DNA from: Cereibacter sphaeroides 2.4.1
Lineage (GTDB): Bacteria > Pseudomonadota > Alphaproteobacteria > Rhodobacterales > Rhodobacteraceae
Assembly: GCF_000012905.2 (NCBI RefSeq)
Contig: NC_007493.2
Span: 510,001-542,000 of the forward strand
Reading direction: 5' to 3'
Length of the DNA stretch: 32,000 nt
Positions 15,728-24,612 of this stretch are shown here, piece by piece. The notes under the pieces are model-generated. The model saw only the letters and a list, made by a program, of their open reading frames with translations. It ran no database searches and was not told the DNA's origin. Both the position numbers and the translations under genes were made by a program. The stretch's first letter is position 1; each line of letters begins with the position of its first letter.

Positions 15728-17218
15728 TCAGTAGCTCTCGATTCCCTGCTGCCAGGGCCGCACGAGATTGCCGAACCGCGTGAAACGGCCTTCGAAGCTC
15801 AGTTCCACCGAGCCGATGGGCCCGTGGCGCTGCTTGCCGATGATGACTTCGGCCTTGCCATGGACCTGCTCCATGATCGCCTGCCACTGGGCCATCTTCT
15901 CCATCTCGTGGTCGCCGGGCTTCTCGCGCTCGCGGTAATATTCCTCGCGGAACACGAACATCACCACGTCGGCGTCCTGCTCGATCGAGCCCGACTCGCG
16001 CAGGTCGGACAGCTGCGGCCGCTTGTCGTCCCGGCTCTCGACCGACCGCGACAGCTGCGAGAGCGCCACCACCGGGATGTTCAGCTCCTTCGCGATGGCC
16101 TTCAGCCCCTGCGTGATCTCCGAGACCTCCTGCACGCGGTTGTCGCGCGAGCCGCCCGAGCCCTTCAGCAGCTGGAGATAGTCCACCATCAGCACGTCGA
16201 GCCCGTGGGTCCGCTTCAGCCGCCGCGCGCGCGCCGCCACCTGACTGATCGGCAGGGCCGGCGTGTCGTCGATATAGAGCGGGCAGGCCTCGAGCGCCTT
16301 CGCGGCCTCGACGAAGCGGCGGAACTCGGCCTCGGTCATGTCGCCGCGGCGGATCTGCTCCGAGGGAACCTCGGCCGCTTCCGACAGGATCCGGGCGGCC
16401 AGCTGCTCGGCGCTCATCTCGAGGCTGAAGAAGCCCACCACGCCGCCCTCGATCGCCCCTTCCGCCCCGTCGGGCAGGCGCCCGCGGCGGTAGGCCTTGG
16501 CGATGTTGAAGGCGATGTTGGTGGCGAGCGAGGTCTTGCCCATCGAGGGGCGCCCGGCGAGGATCAGAAGGTCGGAGGGATGCAGCCCGCCCAGCTTCTT
16601 GTCGAGATCGGCAAGTCCCGTCGAGATGCCGGCAAGGCCCCCGTCGCGCTGGTAGGCCGCATTGGCCACGTTCACCGCGTCGGTCACGGCCTTCAGGAAG
16701 CTCTGGAAGCCGCGCTCGGCCTGGCCCTGTTCGCCCAGCCGGTAGAGCTTCTGCTCGGCCTCGACGATCTGCTCCTTCGGCTCCGACGCCACATCGACCC
16801 GCGCGGCCTTGGCGGCGATGTCGCGTCCGAGCCCGATCAGCTCGCGCCGGACAGCCAGATCGTAGATCATCTGCGCATAGTCGCGCGCGGCGAAGGCCGA
16901 GATCGCCGCCCCCGCGAGCCGCACGAGATAGGCGGGCCCGCCCAGTTCCTTCAGCCCCGCATCCTCCTCGAGGAAGGCCTTCAGCGTCACCGGCGAGGCG
17001 AGCGCATTCTTCTGGATCCGCGCCGCCGCGATCTCGAAGATGCGCTGGTGGACCGGATCGAAGAAATGCTCGGCCCGGATCACCGAGGCGATGCGGTCGA
17101 AGATGTCATTGTTGGTCAGGATCGCGCCGAGCAGCTGCTGCTCGGCCTCGATGTTGTGCGGAAGCACCTCCGGAGATTTCTCCGCCTGAGGCTCCCGGAG
17201 CGCCCTGACCTCGTTCAT
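15728..17218 (-). CDS. dnaB: Replicative DNA helicase
   Basis: N-terminal PHNIEAEQQLLGAIL, Walker A GRPSMGKTSLA, and the LMVDYLQL and SQLSR motifs. ATG at 17216-17218 (MNEVRAL) preceded by GAGGG. The ORF-track start at 17386 is an upstream run-on. Confidence 0.95.
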   Translation of the reverse strand: MNEVRALREPQAEKSPEVLPHNIEAEQQLLGAILTNNDIFDRIASVIRAEHFFDPVHQRIFEIAAARIQKNALASPVTLKAFLEEDAGLKELGGPAYLVRLAGAAISAFAARDYAQMIYDLAVRRELIGLGRDIAAKAARVDVASEPKEQIVEAEQKLYRLGEQGQAERGFQSFLKAVTDAVNVANAAYQRDGGLAGISTGLADLDKKLGGLHPSDLLILAGRPSMGKTSLATNIAFNIAKAYRRGRLPDGAEGAIEGGVVGFFSLEMSAEQLAARILSEAAEVPSEQIRRGDMTEAEFRRFVEAAKALEACPLYIDDTPALPISQVAARARRLKRTHGLDVLMVDYLQLLKGSGGSRDNRVQEVSEITQGLKAIAKELNIPVVALSQLSRSVESRDDKRPQLSDLRESGSIEQDADVVMFVFREEYYREREKPGDHEMEKMAQWQAIMEQVHGKAEVIIGKQRHGPIGSVELSFEGRFTRFGNLVRPWQQGIESY

Positions 17219-17351
17219 GACTCTGCCCTCTGCTCTCGTTGCGCGGGCGCCACCTTCAGCGGGCGCCCTTCCTGTCTCGCTGGCCCCTGATACCCCCGAA
17301 CGGCCGTGTCGGGCAGGGGGTATAGGTTCGGGGACGATCCGGCCTGAAGCC

Positions 17352-17387
17352 TGTGGACAAGCTGTGGATCGTTTTGCGGTCTCCACA
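17352..17387. promoter_or_regulatory. Cluster of three DnaA-box-like 9-mers upstream of dnaB
   Basis: In dnaB sense: TTGTCCACA (17352-17360, 8/9 to TTATCCACA) and CGATCCACA (17363-17371, 7/9). In the opposite orientation: GTCTCCACA (17379-17387, 7/9). All three share the core CTGTGGA. Confidence 0.4.
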
Positions 17388-17486
17388 GCCTACCACATAT
17401 CGCTGCGCCTTCAGCCCGAAAACGCAGGCTCTGGGCCGCACTTCGGGCAGGGCCCGGATTCGCCCACAGGCCCCGTGCCGCCTCCG

Positions 17487-18185
17487 TCAGAGGCTCTTCG
17501 TCGGATCGGCCGGTTTCCGCGCGTCCTGCCAGTCGCGGGGGTTGGACAGGAAGCTCTCGACCTCGGCCAGCGTGCCCGCGTCGAACGTGCCCGAGGCGCG
17601 CGCCTCGGCCAGCACATCCCACCAGGTGCACAGATGATGCAGCGTGACCCCGTGCGCCTGCAGCCGTCCGATCGTTTCGGGAAAGATCCCGTAGTAGAAG
17701 ATCACCGCCGTATGGGCGCAGCTGGCGCCCGTCTCGCGGATCGCATCGACGAACGAGAGCTTCGAGCCGCCGTCGGTGGTCAGATCCTCGACCAGAAGCA
17801 CGCGCTGACCCTCGGTCATGACCCCCTCGATCCGGGCGTTGCGGCCGTAGCCCTTGGGCTTCTTGCGCACATAGGTCATGGGCAGGCCCAGCCGCTCGGC
17901 CACCAGCGCCGCGAAGGGGATCCCGGCCGTCTCGCCGCCCGCGATATTGTCGAAGGCCTCGAAGCCCGCGTCGCGCAGAAGCGTCACCGCCATGAAATCC
18001 ATCAGCGTCGACCGGATGCGCGGATAGGAGATCAGCTTGCGGCAGTCGATATAGGTGGGCGAGGGCAGACCCGAGGCCAGCGTGAAGGGCTCCTGCGGGC
18101 GGAAATGCACCGCCTCGATCTCGAGCAGCATCCGCGCCGTCAGACGGGCGATCTCCTCGCGCGGCGGAAAGGAGGTGGGGATCAT
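17487..18185 (-). CDS. pyrE: Orotate phosphoribosyltransferase
   Basis: PRPP-binding motif [29 protein letters not shown] near the N-terminus. 232 aa. Confidence 0.9.
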   Translation of the reverse strand: MIPTSFPPREEIARLTARMLLEIEAVHFRPQEPFTLASGLPSPTYIDCRKLISYPRIRSTLMDFMAVTLLRDAGFEAFDNIAGGETAGIPFAALVAERLGLPMTYVRKKPKGYGRNARIEGVMTEGQRVLLVEDLTTDGGSKLSFVDAIRETGASCAHTAVIFYYGIFPETIGRLQAHGVTLHHLCTWWDVLAEARASGTFDAGTLAEVESFLSNPRDWQDARKPADPTKSL

Positions 18186-18227
18186 CGGGATGGTCCTTTC
18201 ATCGGGTCCGCCTGCGGCGGGAAGGGG

Positions 18228-19268
18228 TCAGGGTTCGACGTGCCACAGAAGCGGGAAGCCGGGATCGAAGACCGTGACCGGCCCGGCGCCCGTCTCGATC
18301 TTGCCGGGCAGCGCGAGAGCCGCCCCCTTGCGCAGGGTGATGCGCTCCTCGTTCGCCGGCAGGCGGTAGAAGGCGGGCCCGTGGAGCGACACGAACCCTT
18401 CCAGCCGGTCGAGCGCGCCCTCCTCCTCGAACACATGGGCGAGGATCGAGAGCGTGTTGGGGGCGGTGAAGCAGCCCGCGCAGCCGCAGCCGCTCTCCTT
18501 GGCCGCATCGACATGCGGCGCGCTGTCGGTGCCGAGGAAGAAGCAGGCCTCGCCCCCCGTCGCGGCAGCGCGGAGCGCCAGCCGATGCGTCTCGCGCTTG
18601 GCCACCGGCAGGCAGTAGTAATGCGGCCGGATGCCGCCCGCGAGGATGTGGTTGCGGTTGATGATCAGGTGATGCGTGGTGAGCGTGCCGGCCATGTCCG
18701 GCCCCCCGCCGCGCACATAATCGAGCCCCTCCCGCGTGGTCACATGTTCGAGCACGACCCGGAGCCCCGGCGTCGCGCGCCGGATCGGATCCAGCACCCG
18801 GTCGAGGAACACGGCCTCGCGATCGAAGATGTCCACGGCCGGATCCGTCACCTCGCCATGCACGCAGAGCGGCAGGCCGATCTCGGCCATGGTCTCGAGC
18901 ACGCCGCGCACCCGGTCGAAGTCGCGCACGCCCGAGGCCGAATTGGTCGTGGCCCCCGCGGGATAGAGCTTCACCGCCGTCACGAGGCCCGAGGCCGCCG
19001 CCGCGCGCACATCGGCCGGATCGGTCGTCTCGGTCAGATAGAGCACCATCAGCGGCTCGAACCGCGCGCCCTCGGGCAGGGCGCGCAGGATCCGGGCCCG
19101 GTAGGCCTGGGCCTCCGCCGCGGTCACCACCGGCGGCACGAGGTTCGGCATCACGATGGCGCGGGCGAAGTGCCGTGTGGTTTCGGGCAGCACCCCCTCC
19201 AGCATCGCGCCGTCGCGCAGGTGGAGGTGCCAGTCGTCGGGGCGGCGCAGGGTCAGGCTCTGGGTCAT
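18228..19268 (-). CDS. pyrC: Dihydroorotase (homodimeric type)
   Basis: N-terminal [13 protein letters not shown] metal-binding motif, AIVMPNL, and the FLGTDSAPH motif. 346 aa. Confidence 0.9.
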   Translation of the reverse strand: MTQSLTLRRPDDWHLHLRDGAMLEGVLPETTRHFARAIVMPNLVPPVVTAAEAQAYRARILRALPEGARFEPLMVLYLTETTDPADVRAAAASGLVTAVKLYPAGATTNSASGVRDFDRVRGVLETMAEIGLPLCVHGEVTDPAVDIFDREAVFLDRVLDPIRRATPGLRVVLEHVTTREGLDYVRGGGPDMAGTLTTHHLIINRNHILAGGIRPHYYCLPVAKRETHRLALRAAATGGEACFFLGTDSAPHVDAAKESGCGCAGCFTAPNTLSILAHVFEEEGALDRLEGFVSLHGPAFYRLPANEERITLRKGAALALPGKIETGAGPVTVFDPGFPLLWHVEP

Positions 19269-19412
19269 GCCTGCCGCCTACTGCAAAGGGCGGGCCTTTT
19301 CCAGTGAGTCGCGCAAGCCCCCGCCGCTCGCGACCTTGGTCGCAGACCGCGGCCCCGCGCTTGACCCGGGCGGCGCGGCCCGCCACCTTCGGCCCATGAC
19401 CGGAGTGCCGCC

Positions 19413-20327
19413 GTGACCCAATCCCTGCCCGCCTCGATCAACGCCGCCGCAGCTCTCCTCGCGGGGCAGGGCTATGTGAGCGACCGGGCGCTCTCGACCG
19501 TCGTCTTCCTGTCTCTGAAGCTCGGCCGGCCGCTCTTTCTCGAAGGCGAAGCCGGCACCGGCAAGACCGAGATCGCCAAGGCGCTGGCCGCCGCCCTCGG
19601 GCGCCGCCTGATCCGGCTGCAATGCTACGAGGGGCTCGACGCGGCCTCAGCCGTGGCCGACTGGAACTTCGCCGCCCAGATGATCGCGATCCGCACCGCC
19701 GAAGCCGCGGGCGGGGCCGACCGCAGCGCGCTCCGCACCGAGCTCTTTATCGAGGAGTATCTGATCGAGCGCCCGCTCCTGCAGGCCATGCGCCCCCAGC
19801 CCGGCGGCGCCCCGGTCCTGCTCATCGACGAGCTCGACCGCACCGACGAGCCGTTCGAGGCCTTCCTGCTCGAGGCGCTCTCGGACTTTCAGGTCACGAT
19901 CCCCGAACTCGGCACCATCCGCGCGCCCGAACCGCCGCTCGTGATCCTCACCTCGAACCGGACCCGCGAGGTGCATGACGCCCTCAAGCGCCGCTGTCTC
20001 TATCACTGGGTGGATTATCCCGATTTCCCGCGCGAGGCCCGCATCCTCGCCGCCCGCGTGCCCGAGGCACAGGAGCGGCTCAGCCGCGAGATCGTGGCCT
20101 TCGTCCAGCGCCTGCGCCGCGAGGATCTGTTCAAGCGCCCCGGCGTGGCCGAGACGATCGACTGGGCCAAGTGCCTGCTCGCGCTCGACGTGATCGAGCT
20201 CTCGCCCGAACTCATCGCCGACACGCTGGGGGCGCTCCTGAAATATCAGGACGACATCCAGAAGATCCAGGGCTCCGAGGCGCGCCGCCTGCTCGACGAG
20301 GCCCGCCGCGACCTCGCCCCGGCATGA
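19413..20327 (+). CDS. MoxR-class AAA+ ATPase, CoxD-like
   Basis: Walker A LEGEAGTGKTEIAKALA, Walker B VLLIDELD, and the sensor region LTSNRTRE. GTG start preceded by GGAG. Confidence 0.85.
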   Translation: MTQSLPASINAAAALLAGQGYVSDRALSTVVFLSLKLGRPLFLEGEAGTGKTEIAKALAAALGRRLIRLQCYEGLDAASAVADWNFAAQMIAIRTAEAAGGADRSALRTELFIEEYLIERPLLQAMRPQPGGAPVLLIDELDRTDEPFEAFLLEALSDFQVTIPELGTIRAPEPPLVILTSNRTREVHDALKRRCLYHWVDYPDFPREARILAARVPEAQERLSREIVAFVQRLRREDLFKRPGVAETIDWAKCLLALDVIELSPELIADTLGALLKYQDDIQKIQGSEARRLLDEARRDLAPA

Positions 20328-20363
20328 GCCTCTTTCAGTCTGGCGCAAATATCCTCGGGGGGG

Positions 20364-20405
20364 CCTCCGGCCGCGGCCGGAGGCGCGGGGGGCAGACAGC
20401 CCCCC
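20364..20405 (+). other. Two adjacent GC-rich hairpins in the MoxR-VWA intercistronic spacer
   Basis: A perfect 20-nt palindrome CCTCCGGCCGCGGCCGGAGG (20364-20383), followed by GGGGGGC-AGACA-GCCCCCC (20387-20405). Confidence 0.6.
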
Positions 20406-20431
20406 GGCGCGGGCGGGGACGGAGCTGAGAC

Positions 20432-21628
20432 ATGGAGTTTGAGGCCCCTGCCGACGGCAGCCTTGCCCGCAACATCCTGTGGTTCGCCCGCGCCCTCCGC
20501 AAGGCGGGCCTGCCCATCGGATCGGGCCGGATCGCCGATGCGGTCCGCGCGGTCGAGGCGGCGGGCTTCACCTCGCGCGAGGATTTCTACTGGACGCTCC
20601 ACGCCTGCTTCGTCTCCCGCCCCGAGCATCGGGCGGTCTTCGCGCAGGTCTTCCGCCTGTTCTGGCGCGATCCGCAGTTCCTCGAACAGATGATGAGCCT
20701 CCTCCTGCCGCAGCTCCGTGGGGTGCAGGAGGACCGGCCGCCGGAGCCGGCCGAGAAACGTGCGGCGGAGGCGCTTCTCGACGGTGCCGAGCGTCCCGAG
20801 CGCGCGGCCCCCGACCCCGAGGGCAGCCTGATCGAGATCGACGCCTCCGACACCGCCTCGGGCGAGGAACGGCTGCGGCGGCTCGATTTCGAACAGATGT
20901 CGGCCGAAGAGATCGCGGCGGCCCGGCGCATGCTGGCGCGCCTGTCGCTCCCCGTTCCGCCGATCCGCTCGCGGAGGCTTGTCGCCGCGGCGGGCGGGCC
21001 GCGGGTCGATCTGCGCCGCACGCTCGCCCGCGCCCTGCGGCAGGGCGGCGAGATCCCCGCGCTCGCCCGCCGCCGCCCGGCGCTGCGCTGGCCGAACCTC
21101 GTCGTCCTCTGCGACATCTCGGGCTCAATGTCGCTTTATTCACGGCTGGTGCTGCAGTTCATCCATGCGGTCGCGAACCGGAAGGGTCAGGGCTGGGCGC
21201 GGGTCCATGCCTTCACTTTCGGCACGCGCCTGACGAACATCACCCGTCACCTGCGCCGCCGGGATGTCGATGCGGCGCTGGCCGCCGCCGGAGCCGAGGC
21301 GCAGGACTGGTCGGGCGGCACCCGCATCGGCGAATGCCTGCACATCTTCAACCGCGACTGGTCGCGCCGCGTGCTGGGGCAGGGGGCGGTGGTGCTTCTC
21401 ATCACCGACGGCCTCGACCGGGGAGACCCGGCGGCGCTCTCGCGCGAGATGGAGCGGCTGCATCTGTCGGCGCGCAGGCTGATCTGGTTGAACCCGCTGC
21501 TGCGCTGGGAGGGCTTCGCCCCGCGCGCCGGCGGCATCCGCGCCATGCTGCCCCATGTGGACAGCCTGCGCGCCGCTCACTCGGTGGCCTCGCTCGAGGC
21601 TCTGAGCGAGGCACTTTCGCGGCCCTGA
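20432..21628 (+). CDS. VWA-domain protein, CoxE-like
   Basis: N-terminal FARALRKAGLPIGSGRIADAVRAV and a C-terminal VWA region with the MIDAS-like motif VVLCDISGSM. It is paired with the upstream MoxR ATPase. Confidence 0.8.
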   Translation: MEFEAPADGSLARNILWFARALRKAGLPIGSGRIADAVRAVEAAGFTSREDFYWTLHACFVSRPEHRAVFAQVFRLFWRDPQFLEQMMSLLLPQLRGVQEDRPPEPAEKRAAEALLDGAERPERAAPDPEGSLIEIDASDTASGEERLRRLDFEQMSAEEIAAARRMLARLSLPVPPIRSRRLVAAAGGPRVDLRRTLARALRQGGEIPALARRRPALRWPNLVVLCDISGSMSLYSRLVLQFIHAVANRKGQGWARVHAFTFGTRLTNITRHLRRRDVDAALAAAGAEAQDWSGGTRIGECLHIFNRDWSRRVLGQGAVVLLITDGLDRGDPAALSREMERLHLSARRLIWLNPLLRWEGFAPRAGGIRAMLPHVDSLRAAHSVASLEALSEALSRP

Positions 21629-21757
21629 GGGCCCCCGATCACACATCTGTTATCTCCGTCTCTCATACGCCGGGGGAACGCAGTCGGCGCCGGTCGGTTG
21701 ATGCGCCATGCAGATCCGATGCCGAGAGGCCGAGATCACAGAGAGAAAGGACAGACG

Positions 21758-22177
21758 ATGACCTTCAAACTGCTCCAGACCACCGCCGCCCTGTCGCTCG
21801 GCCTCTTCGCCCTGCAACCGCTTGCGGCTGCCGCGCAGACGACGACCGAAGACTGCATTCCGAGCGCCAGCGTGACCTGCCCGCCGGGGGCCTCTTCGGT
21901 CCCGGGCACCGAATCGCCCGGCGGCACCGATGACTCGACCGCTGCCGCGCCGGTGGATTCGACCTCGACCGGCGGCGGCGCCTCGGGCAGCACCTCGACC
22001 ACGCCGATGGTCCCGGGTGCGGAAGCGCCGGACGGCACGGACGATTCGACCGCTGCCGCGCCCGTCGATCCCAGCTCGACCGGTGGCGGCCTTACGACCG
22101 AGGGTATGGCACCCAGCGTTCCGGGCACCGAATCCCCGGATGGCACCGACGACTCGAACGCCGCCGTTCCGCAGTAA
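21758..22177 (+). CDS. Secreted repeat protein (139 aa), Thr/Ser/Gly/Asp/Pro-rich
   Basis: The ATG at 21758 follows GAGAGAAAGGA. Signal peptide MTFKLLQTTAALSLGLFALQPLAAAAQ. Three VPGxExPxGTDDSxAA repeats. A strong terminator follows. Confidence 0.7.
   Translation: MTFKLLQTTAALSLGLFALQPLAAAAQTTTEDCIPSASVTCPPGASSVPGTESPGGTDDSTAAAPVDSTSTGGGASGSTSTTPMVPGAEAPDGTDDSTAAAPVDPSSTGGGLTTEGMAPSVPGTESPDGTDDSNAAVPQ
21899..22174 (+). repeat. In-frame tandem repeat, about 36-37 codons per unit, 2.5 copies
   Basis: Units start at 21899, 22010 and 22118: VPGTESPGGTDDSTAAAPVDSTSTGGG / VPGAEAPDGTDDSTAAAPVDPSSTGGG / VPGTESPDGTDDSNAAVPQ. Confidence 0.75.
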
Positions 22178-22205
22178 CGTCGGGCCTCTCAGAAGCCTTA
22201 CTCCT

Positions 22206-22235
22206 GCCGCCGCCCGATTGGGCGGCGGCTTTTTT
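22206..22235 (+). terminator. Rho-independent terminator
   Basis: GCCGCCGCCC-GATT-GGGCGGCGGC (10-bp perfect stem) followed by TTTTTT. Confidence 0.85.
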
Positions 22236-22391
22236 CATTCCACGGGCAAAGGCCCTTCGGGCGCCGGTCCAGCACTGGCATCTGTCCGCCTGTCGCTGCG
22301 CCGGACGGAACGAAAACAGGGGCAGACGGTTCTCAAGCAGCATGAAAGGTCCGGTCGCCAAAACCCGGATCAAGGATGAAAGGATTTTCCG

Positions 22392-24497
22392 ATGAAGAGC
22401 CGTCTTATGACGACCACGGCTGCGCTGTCGGTCGCGCTTTCCACTTTCCAGCCGCTGCCCCTGATGGCGCAGGATGCCAACAAAGCTGTCTGCGCGCAGA
22501 ACCCCGACCTGTGCCCGCCCAGGCAGAAGCGGGGCGAGGGTGCCCAGAAGCGCAAGGAGCAGGAGCAGGCGAAGGAGAGGCGGAAGGAAGAGCGTCCCGC
22601 CGCGCGTGCGGCTCAGGAGGAAGAGGGCGCGGCTGCCCGCGCGCGCCGTGCCAACCGCGAGCAGGTGGAAGAGGGCGGTCAGGCGCGCCGGCCTGCAGCC
22701 GAGCAGGACGCTCCCGCCCGGGGCGACAAGGCGCGCGCCCGCGCGCGTGACAGCGAAGACGGCGCGGCGCGTGCCCAGGCGGAGGGGAATGCGGCCGACG
22801 ACACCCGCCTCCTTCAGGAGGGGAACGGTCAGGGCGATGCGGCTCGTCCGGCCAAGCGGGCGCGCCCGGCCGAGGAAGAGCGCCCTGCCGACCGCGAGCG
22901 GGCGGGTGACCGCGCCCGCGCGGCCGAAGAGGGCGGCGCTGCCCGGGATGCCGTCCGCGCCGGCGACGAGCGCCCGGCCGCCGGTGCCGAAGGCAGGAAA
23001 GCCCAGACCCGCGAGGCCTCGCCGGACGGTGACGGCCCGGATGCCGAGGAGCTGCGCCGCAGGCTGCAGGGGGAGGCTCCCGCCAAGGACCGTCAGGCGC
23101 GCGGCGACCGCGATGGCGGCGCGGCGGCCGATGAGGAAGGCGGCAGGAACGCTGAAGCCCGCGGCGACGGGCAGGCCCGTGATGCCGAGGGCCGCGATGC
23201 AGAGCGCCCGCGCAACCGAGACGCGGAAGGCCGCGATGCGGACCGCGAGCGCAACCGCAACGCCGAAGACCGCACCCGTCCGGCCGATGCCCAGGCCCGC
23301 GACGGCCAGGGTCGCCAGCAGGCCGGAGACGAGGCGCGGCGCGCCCGTCAACAGCAGCCCGAGCGCGAGGAGGCGCGGAAGTCGCTGGCCCGCATCCTCG
23401 AGAGCGAGGATCAGGGCGAGGAGTCTGCGGCTGCGGCGGCCGCCTCTGCCGAGGATGCGAGTGAGGCTGCCCGCGAGGCGCGGCGTCAGGCCAATCGTGC
23501 GGAGCGCATCACCGAGGAGAACAGCCGCTCCAGCAACGAGGAATTTCGCACGCTGCTGAACGGCAACCGCGACAAGAAGAATGACGACGACGACGATGAG
23601 GGCGGCCTCTCGAACTTCGAGAAGTTCGGCCTGCTCGCGCTCGGCGGTCTCGCGGTGGGGACCCTGCTCAACAACAACCGCGGCGAGGTCGTCTCGAACA
23701 GCGGCGACCGGGTCGTCGTGCAGCGGTCGGACGGCACCTATTCCGTGCTGAAGGACGATGACACGCTGCTGCGTCGTCCGGGATCCGAGGTGGTGACGCA
23801 GTCCTTCGACGACGGCTCGACCCGCTCGGTCGTGACCCGCGCCGACGGCACCCAGATCGTGACGATCCGCGATGCGTCGGGCCGCGTGCTGCGCCGGACG
23901 GCCGTCGACGGTCAGGGCCGCGAGGTCATGCTGATCGACGATCTCGAGTCTTACCAAGCTGTCGATGTCTCGCGTCTGCCCGAACCGGCGCCGGTCTACA
24001 GCTTCGTCCAAACGCGGGACCAGCGAGACCTGCGGCAGGCTCTGGAACAGACCCGCACGCGCGATCTGGACCGGACCTACAGCCTGCGCCAGATCCGGGA
24101 ATATCGCGAGGTGCGCGCGCTCGCTCCGGCGATCGACGTGGACCAGATCACCTTCGACACCGGTTCGGCCGCCATCGATCCCGACGAGGCCGAGAAGCTC
24201 GCCTCGCTGGGCCAGACGATCGCCGACATGATCGCCGAACGTCCCGAGGAGGTGTTCCTGATCGAGGGCCATACGGACGCCGTGGGCGATGCTGCATCGA
24301 ACCTCGCGCTGTCCGACCGGCGGGCCGAGTCGGTGGCGCTGGCGCTGACCGAGTATTTCGACGTGCCGCCGGAAAACATGGTCGTGCAGGGCTACGGCGA
24401 AGAGGATCTGCGCGTCGACAGCGACGGGCCGGAGCAGCGCAACCGCCGCGTGGCGGTCCGGCTCATCACGCCGCTGATGCAGACGGCGTCGAACTAA
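22392..24497 (+). CDS. OmpA-family protein with a long polyampholyte (Arg/Glu/Asp/Ala-rich) N-terminal region
   Basis: Signal peptide MKSRLMTTTAALSVALSTFQPLPLMAQ. A low-complexity charged region of about 360 aa. A hydrophobic segment FGLLALGGLAVGTLL. A C-terminal OmpA_C-like domain (ITFDTGSAAI...IEGHTDAVGDAASNLALSDRRAESV...NRRVAV). Confidence 0.85.
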   Translation: MKSRLMTTTAALSVALSTFQPLPLMAQDANKAVCAQNPDLCPPRQKRGEGAQKRKEQEQAKERRKEERPAARAAQEEEGAAARARRANREQVEEGGQARRPAAEQDAPARGDKARARARDSEDGAARAQAEGNAADDTRLLQEGNGQGDAARPAKRARPAEEERPADRERAGDRARAAEEGGAARDAVRAGDERPAAGAEGRKAQTREASPDGDGPDAEELRRRLQGEAPAKDRQARGDRDGGAAADEEGGRNAEARGDGQARDAEGRDAERPRNRDAEGRDADRERNRNAEDRTRPADAQARDGQGRQQAGDEARRARQQQPEREEARKSLARILESEDQGEESAAAAAASAEDASEAAREARRQANRAERITEENSRSSNEEFRTLLNGNRDKKNDDDDDEGGLSNFEKFGLLALGGLAVGTLLNNNRGEVVSNSGDRVVVQRSDGTYSVLKDDDTLLRRPGSEVVTQSFDDGSTRSVVTRADGTQIVTIRDASGRVLRRTAVDGQGREVMLIDDLESYQAVDVSRLPEPAPVYSFVQTRDQRDLRQALEQTRTRDLDRTYSLRQIREYREVRALAPAIDVDQITFDTGSAAIDPDEAEKLASLGQTIADMIAERPEEVFLIEGHTDAVGDAASNLALSDRRAESVALALTEYFDVPPENMVVQGYGEEDLRVDSDGPEQRNRRVAVRLITPLMQTASN

Positions 24498-24533
24498 GCC
24501 GGCGGGGGTCTGCCCCCGTCGCCTGCCAGCCTC

Positions 24534-24567
24534 GGGCCGCCATGCCACCTTTTGGCACTGGCGGCCC
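24534..24567 (+). terminator. Terminator-like long hairpin (no T-tract)
   Basis: GGGCCGCCATGCCA-CCTTT-TGGCA(C)TGGCGGCCC: a 14-bp stem with a one-nt bulge, 37 nt after the OmpA-family stop. A smaller hairpin, CGGGGG-TCTG-CCCCCG, lies at 24503-24518. Confidence 0.4.
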
Positions 24568-24612
24568 CTCCGTGCCCCGTCGCATGATCGCTGAAACAAC
24601 GGGGAGGCAGCC

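Noticed and set aside
15641-19307. Plus-strand ORFs 15641-17290 (549 aa) and 17217-19307 (696 aa)
   Set aside because: They are antisense to dnaB, pyrE and pyrC, all of which show diagnostic motifs. No RBS or motif supports the plus-strand frames.
19254-19427. pyrC and the divergent MoxR gene both begin MTQSL
   Set aside because: The match is five residues, with similar but short nucleotide identity (TGACCCA). There is no extended similarity, so it is most likely coincidence.
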